This document shows, piece by piece, positions 49,813 through 64,000 of a stretch of DNA of 64,000 nucleotides; within the stretch, counting starts at the first letter, position 1; each line of letters starts with the position of its first letter. The notes under the pieces were generated by a model. It saw nothing but the letters and a program-made list of their open reading frames with translations, searched no databases and was not told the DNA's origin. Position numbers and translations under genes: made by a program. Origin of the DNA: the human T2T-CHM13v2.0 reference genome, Homo sapiens; assembly GCF_009914755.1 (NCBI RefSeq), contig NC_060947.1; one strand, 5' to 3'.

Positions 49813-50509
49813 ACACCATCTCCAGGTAGTTTCAAGGCTCAGTCCTATAAAACTGCCTGCACTATAGATGACAATTGCAAGTAGTAAGTTACCCACAAAT
49901 TCTGTCTGACATGGCTACAAATCGAAGATTCCCACAATCCCCTTCTCGATGAATATGTTACAGAAGCTCACAGAACTTCAGTACACATATTTACATCTAC
50001 TGGTTTATTATATTGATAAAACATGTGTTGGGGGATACAGATGAAAAGTCAGATGAAGAGGTACATAGGGTGAAGAAGCTTCTTTCTCCGTGGACTTAAG
50101 GTATGCCATCCTCATGTCATGTGGACATGTTCACCAACCCAGAAGCTCTTCAAACCTTCTACTTAAGGATTGTCACATAGGCCTGGTTGATTATTAAATC
50201 AATTGCTAGCTCCTCCTCTTTCCCCAGATAATGGTAGTTGGGCTGAAAGTTCCAAGTTTCTAATCATGGCTTGGTCTTTTAGGTTACCAGACCTCAATCA
50301 GGAACCCACCAAGAGCTGTCTCAATACAACAAAAGACACCCTTATCATTCATGAAATTTCAAGAGGTCTGTGTCAGGTACTGGGGTCAAAGGTAAATATT
50401 AGAACAAAAAAAATGCTCCTAGCACCCCTATTGCATAGTCATTCTAAGGGTTTTAGGAATTCTGTGCCAGAAACTGGAGTGAAGACCAAATATGTATTTC
50501 TTATCATAC

Positions 50510-54422
<3,913 letters not shown>

Positions 54423-54614
54423 CATACATGTATTTCTTATTACATATCATAGTATCAGAGGTAATGAAAAAAATTTGGAACCAGATAGTGATGATTACAC
54501 ACTACTGAGAATGCACAAAAAGCCACTAAAGTTTACACTCTAAAATGGTTGAAATAGTAAATTTTATGTTATGTGCATTTTACCACAATAAAACAAAACA
54601 AGAACAACAAAAGA

Positions 54615-54960
54615 AACGAAGTACTGATGCATAGTACAACATGAACTTTGAAAACATTATGCAAAGTGAAACGAGTAAGATTCAAAAGGCCGTTTGTTGC
54701 ATAATTCCAGTTATGTAAAATATCAAGCATAGCCAAATCCATAGATATACTATGTAAATTATTCATAGTCAGGTCTTGATGGAAAAGAGAAATGTGGATA
54801 ATGGGTATGTGATATTTTGGGGGGTAATAAAAATATTCTGAAATGAGTGCTAATAGTAACATAAATCTGTGAATATATCAAAGCCACCAAATTGTACACT
54901 TTAAAAGGGTGAAATTTCAGATGTGTGAATTATATCTCAATACATTTGTCATAAAAATTG
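54615..54960 (+). mobile_element. Old L1M 3' end fragment
   Basis: gtactgatgcatag...gaaaacattatgc...ttgtacactttaaaagggtgaa...atgtgaattatatctcaata-like motifs. Confidence 0.7.
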
Positions 54961-55004
54961 TAATTAAACTTAGTGAACATTATTTTGAGTATGTCTTTAA
55001 TGAG

Positions 55005-55260
55005 AGAGTATAGTACAGAGGTTAAGCTCAAGGGCTTGGGGTCAGATTTTAGTTTGAACCTGGCCTTCAAAACTTAAAATCTGATCTTGGTGAATTTATT
55101 TTCTTCGTCTAAGCTTCTTTTTCCTGTGTAAAATTGAGATTACTGTAAGGGCTATCTGGGTTGTTTGAGGATTAAATATTATAATCCATTTAAAGCACTT
55201 AAAATGAAGTCTCTGGTGTACTCAGGGTTTACATAAATAGCTGCTATTGTTGTTATAATC
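55005..55260 (+). mobile_element. MIR SINE
   Basis: gtatagtacagaggttaag...ctgtgtaaaattgagat...gaggattaaat...taaagcactt. Confidence 0.65.
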
Positions 55261-56243
55261 ATCGTTATCATTATTTCACACACAGGCATAGATAAATGAC
55301 TGGCAGGAAATACATATTGCTGACTCAACAAGTTATCTCTAGATGGTAAGATAAGGGGTGATTGATATTTTCTTCAAAGTTTTGTTTATTTTAAAAATAT
55401 TATACAATAGTTATTTTAATTTTATAACAAAATAAACTGTTTATCATTTGAAAATTTGAAATATTTTGGCTTAAAAAAGCAGCACTATTCTGAACCCCAG
55501 AAAATTCTACTTGATGGTCTGCCATGAGGATTTTCCTTATTTTATTGGATCAACATCTCCAATGTAAAATCATGATTTGCTGCTGGTGGAACAGGTGGTA
55601 TTACAGCTAACTGAATGGCCATAACAGAAGTAACAGATCTGAGGCTACTGTATCAGGCAGGTTTCCAAATTGTTAATATCGGTTATGTGATGGAAAAATG
55701 TCTCAGCGTGTCAGACCTACAGATTTAGTGGTCAACTGTCCTTGATGGTTGGTTAAGTGACCATTTAATTGTAACCTAAATAGCCAGGAGTTTTTATTTA
55801 TGGAAGATTTCTAGGACTGCAATCCTTCACGTGCGACCTTATAGTACTGTCTACTTTACGGCACTGCATCACTGTACGATTTCTGGCTTTCTTTGGAAGC
55901 AATTGTAAATCTTGTGTTGCAAAGTTACTGATCTACAGAATTCCAGTTTGATGATTAAAAGAAAAGCCTCCTGGTGTTTGCCAATACATATATTCTGGTT
56001 TTATGACTTGAAGTCATACAATATTTGTAGAAGAAGGAAAGTATAAATACATTTAATTTTACGGTTCACAGGATAGTACCATGATTGCAAAGATGAAACT
56101 ATTCTTGTGTAATACCTGAAAAACAGTGTGAAAGTTTCTTATTTTCACCAAATATATCATGTGTGTCTTATCTTCCCTAATGTATATTTTTTCTTCTGTC
56201 ATGTCAAAAAGCAAAATTTCAATGAGTGGTGTTTCAAGACCAT

Positions 56244-56637
56244 TTGTTAGTGATTCATGAATTTAATAAAATCCCATCTATAAGATAAAAATCACTCTGA
56301 TGATTTAAGTGAAGGACATAAGCTTTACTATCAGAAAAAACTGAAGAAAGCAGAAACAAGGAACAAAAAGTAGATTAGTCATTTTAACATTACTGTCCTT
56401 AAAGGGTTAAAGCAGAGGGGACTTCCTTGTCATGATGACTCAGGTTGATTGAGCCTCTTCTGATTAGTTGTTGTGAATCTCTAGTTCTTTATTTTTAATT
56501 TAACTCACCTGTTTGAAACTTAAGTTTGACTACATGAAACCTAGCATGAGTGACTCAATTTTGACTTGGTCTGGTCTGTTGGGGCCTAGTGCAGGAGCTG
56601 AGTTCAAAACAATAACCTCCCATACATTTTATTTAAG
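56244..56637 (-). mobile_element. MER31-like LTR
   Basis: agcatgagtgactc...tggtctggtctgttggggcctagtgcaggagctgag...ctcccat...ttttatttaa resembles the reverse complement of the MER31 5' end. Confidence 0.7.
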
Positions 56638-58593
56638 TCTTAAACTTCTTAACCTAAAAATTAATCTATAGAAATATTTTAGATTATTACTATACTGCAT
56701 AGTGAAGAAGTATATATTTAATTGTTATTTTGGAGTTTTACTTGTAGAATCCTTGATTTAAATGATTTACTTATAATCGGAACAAGAACGTCTTGTAGAT
56801 TCCTACATGCCTAGTTCAACTCTAATACTAAAGGAAAATCCCATCATCCCATGAAAAGAAAAATCTTCTCCCCTTTTCTACCTTCCAATTTTCACATCAT
56901 TGCTTCCTTCTAGCATTTTCAGGCCCCACCTATCAAAGTATTTAATCACTAGAAACAGTGATTGCTTTAGAGATAGGTCAGTTATCTAGACCATGCTAAT
57001 CTAGACCCAACCACAGTGATTTGCTCAAGACTCTAGGGCCAAGTCAGTCTTTAAAAAATTCCTGTGCCTTCTTCAGGTACTACCAAAATCACAGAAGCCT
57101 GAAGTTCCAGTTGACCACCACAAGGAAAGAACCACACTGCAGTAAATTCAATACAGAGGTAAACAATTTTACTTGGCCTTGGCAACGTTGAGTCCCTGAT
57201 TTAAACTGTGTCTGAAAATAACAATCATCCACCTTTTTTCTTTCACTCAAACCAGGGTTGGATTTTCTCTCATTTGATACAGAAATAATCCAAAGTCATA
57301 AAAGTATATGTAAAGTGAGAAAGGAACAAAAATCAATTAATGACTGAAAATTTTCACAGGGAAAGTATTACTTATATTTAAATGTTGTGCTAAAGGACAA
57401 ATATGTTTTCACCTGTAAGAAAAAAGAGCAGAAAAATATCCTGCATAAGAAATAGCATGTGCAAAAGCATGACGGTATTAATGTGCATAGTGTATTCAGA
57501 GAATAGCAAGTCAGTGTCATACCAAAAAAAAGATAAAATACTATAATAACCTTAAATTATTGACAGGATTTAATAACCCAATAGAGTCCTGGTAATCTAA
57601 GTTTTTTTTTCAAAATATCAAATGGAGGAGATGGATAAATGTTTCCTTTATAAAGTTAACAAAGAGAAGAGGAGAGAATAAAGGAAAAGAAAAAAAAGAA
57701 AACCAAGATTGCTCCTAGGAGGCAAGAAAAGAATATTTTTTACCTTTATCTCTGTGAGTTTAGGTGTAGTTTTGTAGATCATTTCATCAATATTTGTCAG
57801 TTAAGATAGGTTGTTTTGATCTCACTTAATGAACTGTTACATCTGAGGATATTTGTAATAAAACTAGATTTCCATTTTGATGTGGTTTGACAGGACCATC
57901 TTTAAATATTTAGTTATGCTTTTCATTCAAAGGATTAAGAACAAAAAAATTGTATTCTTTGTCTCTTAAAAGACAAATTTCAACTGAACTAAATTCAAAC
58001 TATGAAATCTGATGCAGGGTGATAAATGGCTTCAATTTTCAGGAAATGGAAATTTATTTTCTGTAAAGAAACGAATCAACTATTAAATTAATAAAGAAGA
58101 GAAGTAGAATGGGGAGTTCAATGAAAATTCAACATTAATATATAATTTAAGAAAGCCTAAGAGAGAAGCCTCTGTTTTTTTCTGATTATAATAATAAAAG
58201 CTCATTTTAAAAATTTGGAAAATAAAAAAACATTTATAAAGATAAATATTAAATGAGCATAGGTTTGTGATGCTGAGAGAAGTATTGATATATTCTTTTC
58301 AATTATTTTTCATACAAATTTTATCAGGCACCACTATTTCTGTTTAATAACATTGTGTTATCGTTTTGTATTCTTCTCTCTATAACCCAAATTAATTCAT
58401 ACACATGCATTATTCCATTAAATAATTTTTAATTATACATTGTTTATAATGTTATATAGTAGTCTACTAACAAATGTGGTATAATATTCTACTATTATTG
58501 GTAATTCAGATAATTTCTAATTTTTCACTGATACATGTAAATATTTAATAAGTGTCTTTTAGACCAATAAAATTGATGGCATCTCTATCTGCT

Positions 58594-60926
58594 TAATATT
58601 GTTTGGCTGTGTCCCCACCCATATCTCATCTTGAATTATAACTCCATAATTCCCATTTGTTGTGGGAGGGACCCATTGGTAGGTAATTGAATCATGGGGT
58701 TGGGACTTTCCCATGCTGTACTCATGATAGTAAGTCTCACAAGATCTGATGGTTTTACAAAGGGGAGTTCCCTTACACAAGTTCTCTTACCTGCCGCCAT
58801 ATAAGACGTGACTTTGCTCCTCATTGCCCTCTGCCATGATTGTGAGGCCTCACCAGCCATGTGGAATTGTGAGTCAATTAAGCCTCTTTCCTTTTTAAGT
58901 CACCCAGTCTCAGGTATGTCTTTATTAGCAGCTTGAGAACAGACTATTACAGTAAATTGGCACTGGTAGAGTGCGGTACTGTTGTAAAGAGATCTGAGCA
59001 CGTGGAAGCGACTTTGGAACTGTGTAACAGGCAGAGGTTGAAACAGTTTGTAGAGCTCAGAAAACAGGAAGATATGGGAAAGTTTGGAACTTCCTAGAGA
59101 CTTGTTGAATGGCTTTGACTAAAATGCTGATAGTGATATGGAAAATAAAGACCAGGCTGAGGTGGCCTCAGATGGAGATGAGGAACTTGTTGGCAACTGA
59201 AGCAAAGGGGAGTCTAACTGTGTTTTCGCAAAGAGACTGGTGGCATTTTGCTCCTGCCCAAGAGATTTGTGAAACTTTGAACTTGAGAGAGATAATTTAG
59301 GGCATCTGGCAGAAGAAATTTCTAAGCAGCACACCATTCAAGATATGACTTGGGTGCTGTTAAAAGCATTCAGTTTTACATATTCACAAAGATATGGTTT
59401 GGAATTGGAACGTATGTTTAAAAGGGAAGCAGAGCATAAAAGTTCAGAAAATTTGCAGCCTGACAATACGATAAAAAAGAAAAACCCATTATCTGAGGAG
59501 AAATTCAAACATAACTTATGCGGATATTTGCATAAGCAATGAGGAACCAAATATTAATCACCAAAACAATGGGGAAAATGTCTCCAGGGCATGTCAGAGG
59601 TCTTCAGAGCAGCCCCTCCCATCACAAGCTGGAAGACCTGGGAGGAAAAAATGATTTCCTGCCCCAGGGCCTTGCTGCTTTGTGCAGTCTCAGGACTTGT
59701 TGCCCTGTGTCCCAATCACTCCAGCTGTGGCTTAAAGGGGCCAACATACAGCTCAGACTATTGCTTCAGAGGATGCAAGCCCCAAGCCTTGGTGGCTGCC
59801 ACGTGGTGTTGGGCCTGCAGGTGTACAGATGTCAAGAATTGAGGTATGGGAACCTCTCCCTAGATTTCAGAGGTTGTATGTAAATGCCTGGATGTCCAGG
59901 CAGAGGTATGCTGCAGGGACAGGGCCATCATGGAGAACCTCTACTAGGGCAGTGCAGAATGGAAATGTGGGGAGCAAGACCCCACACAGAGTCCCCACTA
60001 GGGCACTAACTAGTGGAGCTGTGAGAAGAGAGCTACCATATTCCAGACCCCAGAATGGTAGACTTACTAACAGTTTGTACTGTGCACCTGGAAAAGCCAC
60101 AGACACTCAACGTCAGCCCATGAAAGCAGCCAGGAAGTGGACTGTACCCTGAAAAGCCACGGGATTGGGGGCTGCCCAAGACCATGCGAACTCACTTCTT
60201 ATGTCAGCATGACCTGGATGTGAGACATGGAGTCAAAGGAGATCATTTTGGAGTTTTAAAATTTGACTACTCTGCTGGATTTTGGACTTGCATGGGACCT
60301 GTAGCTCCTTCATTTTGGCCAATTTTTCCCATTTGGAACAGGTGTATTTACCCAATGTCTGTACCCCCATTGTATCTAGGAAGTAACTAACTTGCTTTTG
60401 ATTTTACAGGCTAATAGACAGAAGAGACTTGCCTTGTTTCAGATGACATTTTGGACTGCAGACTTTTGAGTTAATGCTGAAATGAATTAAAACTTTGGGA
60501 GACTGTTGGAAAGGCATGACTGGTTTTGAAATGTGATGAGATTTGGGAGGGGCTGAGGTGGAATGATATGGTTTGCCTATGTCCCCACCCAAATCTCATA
60601 TTGAATTGTAGCTCCCTAATTCCCATGTGTCGTGGGAGAAACCCAGTGGGAGGTAATTGAATCATGGGGATGGGTCTTTCCCATGCTGTTCTCATTACAG
60701 TAAATAAGTCTCATGATATTTGATGGTTTTATAAAGGGAAGTTCCCCCACTAAAGTTCCCTTGCCTGTCGCCATATGAGATATGACTTTTCTCCTCATAG
60801 GCCTTCCATCATGATTGTGAGACCTCCCCAGCCATGTGGAACTGTGAGTCAATTAAACCTCTTTCCTTTTTAAATTACCCAGTCTCAGATATGTCTTTAT
60901 TAGCAGCATGAAAACAGACTAATACA
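58594..60926 (+). mobile_element. Full-length THE1 (C-like) MaLR: LTR 58594-58951, internal 58952-60563, LTR 60564-60926
   Basis: Two similar ~360-bp LTRs, PPT gggaggggctgaggtggaa, perfect 5-bp TSD ctgct; inserted in old L1M sequence. Confidence 0.93.
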
Positions 60927-61825
60927 CTGCTTAAAATACATATCCTCTCCCACTCAGAAACAGTAAGAATAATTTGATCAAATAGAATGATTCATCAATA
61001 TATTTTGTGCAAACTGTCAAAGTACCCTTCCAAAAATTTTACCAGATTATACTTTGATTAGCAGATTATGAAAGTGTTTCATTACACATCCAAAGCACAA
61101 CTTCATATAATAAGGAAAGAATTTTCAATGTAAACAATATCAATATAGTATCTTACTGCTGTTTTAATTATAATTTCTTACTTTATTTGAAAGGTCAAAC
61201 TGCTCCAGCTTATTAGTGTTTTTGTGTCTTTTATTCTATGAATAATTTGGTGCTATTATTGATCTTTACATGGTAAGACACTACTTTTGTGTGAATGTTA
61301 TTCTTTGACTGTTTGTTTCCTTTTAATTTCTTTAATATATATATGACAAACAGAAATTTACATTTTGCATTTTTACATAATCAAGTATTTCCCTCTATTT
61401 TTTTCCTTTAGAATCTAGAAAATTTTCTCTGGGCCCTGCATCTGAGATCTGATAAATATTGCATCTCCTTTCTCTGCTGCCAATCATTTTATTTTAATAT
61501 TTTGCAATCAATTCCTCAAATACCTGTAATTAATTTTGGTGCAAAATACAAATATGCTTGGATTTTCTTATTAATAATTGAAAAATTATTCCATAACCTA
61601 TATTAAACATCCCTTTCTTTCCTCGGTAATTTATTATACATTCTTTATCACATTATAATTTTAAAATATATTATGGTCTATATAAAAGTTTTTGCTTTTC
61701 AGTAATATTTTTCATGCTATGAAGAGAAGGTAGTCACTGTAGGAAAATAAATCAATAGATAAAAGTATAAAGAAAATATCTCACTTATAATTCTACCAAT
61801 TCATGTTAAATTTTCCTTTGAAGTA

Positions 61826-62262
61826 CAGTTAAACCTTGAACAACACTGGGGCTAGGGGCATTGACCCCGCCATGGAGTTGAAATTTCATGTGTAACTTTT
61901 AAATTTCCAAAACCTTACTACTAATAGCCTACTGTTGACCAGAAGCCTAACCAATAACATAAACAGTTGATTAACACATATTTTGTAAGTTATGGGTATC
62001 ATATACTATATTCTTTCAATGAAGTAAGCTAGAGAAGAAAAAATGTTATCAAGAAAATCATAAGAAAGAGAAAACATACTATTCATTGAGAAGAATTATA
62101 TCATCATAAAGGTCTTCATCCTTGTCTTCATATTGAATAGGCTGAGGAAGAGGAGAAAAAGGAGGATTTGGTCTTTCTATCTTATGCATGGCAGAGGTGG
62201 AAGAAAATTTGACTTTTAGTGGACCTGTAAGTTTCAAAGCCATGTTGTTCAACGGTCAACTG
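61826..62262. mobile_element. Tigger2a/MER28-like non-autonomous DNA transposon (437 bp)
   Basis: TIRs cagttaaaccttgaacaaca / tgttgttcaacggtcaactg with TA target duplication. Confidence 0.85.
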
Positions 62263-62272
62263 TATATCCATA

Positions 62273-63219
62273 TGTTTCTTAGTCCATTCAAGCTGCTATA
62301 ACAAAAATACCATAAACTGGGCGGCTTATAAAATAGAAACTTATTTCTTACAATTCAAGAGGCTGGGAAAGTCCACAATCAAGATGCCTGCAGATTCCAT
62401 GTTTGCTGAGGGCCTCCTTCCTTGTACATAGACAGAGGTCTTGCTGAGTCTGCAATAGGTAGAAAAGGCTAGGGAGCTCTCTGGGGTCAGTTTAATAGGG
62501 CTAAACCAGGGCTTTGTCCTCATGACCTGTATTAGTAATGGTTTTCTACAGCAGCAGAACTAACAGAATATATGTATATATGAAAGGGAGTTTATTAGGA
62601 GGAATTGACTCACATGATCACAAGGCAAAATCTCATGATAGGCCTTCTGGAAGTGGAGAAGCAAGGAAACTACTAGTGTCTTTGCTCGAGTCCAAAAGCC
62701 TCAAAAGCAGGGAAGCCAACAGTGCCACCTTTAGTTTGTGGCCAAAGGCTGGAGAGCCCCTGCCAAATCACTGGTGTAAGTCCAAGAGTCCAGAGGCCAA
62801 AGAACCTGGAGTCTCATGTCCAATGGAAGAAGGAGCAGAAGGAAGCACCGAGAACAGGAGAAAGATGAAAACGAGAAGACTCAGCAAGCCAGCTTATCCC
62901 ACCTACTTCCACCTGCTTTGTTCTAGCTATGCCGGCAGCCAATTGGATGGTGCCCACCCATATTGAGAGTAGGTCTTCTTCTCCTAGTCCACCGACTCAA
63001 ATGTGAATCTCCTTTGGCAATACCCTCACAGACACACCTAGAAACAATACTTTACCAGATATCAAGGCATCTTTCAATCCAATCAAGTTGACACCCAATA
63101 TTAACTATCACACGACCTAATCACCTTCCAAAGCTTCACTTCCAAACATCATTATATTGGAAGTTAGGACTTCAACATATGAATGTTCTGGGACAAGAAA
63201 CAATCTATACTTAGTACAT
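62273..63219 (-). mobile_element. MLT1A-like LTR interrupted by MLT2B
   Basis: cttagtccattcaagctgctataacaaaa...; resumes acctaatcaccttccaaag...gacttcaacatatgaat. Confidence 0.8.
62528..63112 (-). mobile_element. MLT2B-like ERVL solo LTR
   Basis: tgtattagt...attaactatcaca termini; TSD tgacc/cgacc. Confidence 0.85.
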
Positions 63220-63439
63220 AGGTGTGTTTGGACATATGTATGCATGCTGGGTGTCATTTTTTCTTATTTTAGAAAACTGAGATAAATCCATACTGTTTTA
63301 ATGTCATTATGTCACAAACCATACTGGCTTGTCTCGACTTTACAAAATAAAATGCCTTGCTGTGTCACATTATTAGATCCTGGTTTTGAAAATGATATCA
63401 ATTTTTCTCATATCATAAAATTCAAAATTACAAATGTAA

Positions 63440-64000
63440 ACATATTTACAGCATTCTATCACAGATTTTCACCATAATGTATTTATCCATTCCCATAATT
63501 TAGGGTGTTATATTTATATAATTACATAATATTTAAAAGCATTTTTTAGCAGCTGCATAACACCTCAACAACAAAGGTTATTTTTTCTCTATTTTATTTA
63601 ACAATGTCCATAATTTTTTTAATGTTTGAGGGTAAAGTGTTTGGTATTATGAATAAAACTGCAACAAAAAACTTTTCTTATAATAAATTGCCGATGACAT
63701 TTTATCACATCTCTGGAATAAATCCATAGATGTGTAATTGATAGGTTGAAGTATATGTACTCTTGGCTAGCTATTCTATTTTAATGCTTTATCTGTTGAA
63801 TCTGTGCCAGTGCCAAATCGTTTTACCTAGTGTCAATGTGCAGTATTTTACATATATATAAGGCGAGTTCCCCTTAAATCTCTTATTTATGCAATTTTCT
63901 TAGTTTTTCTTACTCCATTTTTCTCATAAAATGATTTTAAAATTATTTGTTATCTTAAAATGTTATTGAAATTTTTATTGGAATTGCTTTAAATTTGTAT
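63440..64000 (-). mobile_element. Old L1ME-like fragment
   Basis: Degenerate antisense ORF2 motifs (ctgtgccagtgcca, ttttattggaattgc). Confidence 0.5.

Noticed and set aside
59109-60390. THE1 internal ORFs as an intact gene
   Set aside because: Fragmented by stops and frameshifts; decayed MaLR internal sequence.

Overview
Primate genomic DNA, almost certainly human given AluYa5- and AluYb8-diagnostic copies. It is AT-rich and dominated by transposable elements. I see no supportable host protein-coding exon, CpG island, rRNA, tRNA or CRISPR array; the recognisable ORFs in the track are L1, Tigger1, HERV-L, MaLR or Alu remnants. Main contents are two near-full-length minus-strand L1PA elements (~6.75-13.85 kb and ~19.76-28.38 kb), each with a younger nested L1; a Tigger1 carrying an AluYb8; an AluYa5; a twin-primed L1PA2; a U6 5' fragment abutting an L1 3' end; a four-level L1MB>MER21>(MER61; HERV-L>AluSp) nest; and a full-length THE1. 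Tigger2a, MST, MLT1, MLT2, MER31, MIR and L2 relics make up much of the rest. I found no evidence of a novel biological system. The most notable signals are retrotransposition-mechanism signatures: a probable 3' transduction, short ORF2-templated patches, an inverted U6/L1 junction and a very 3'-proximal inversion. Subfamily calls come from recalled consensus motifs, not alignments, and boundaries of old elements are approximate.
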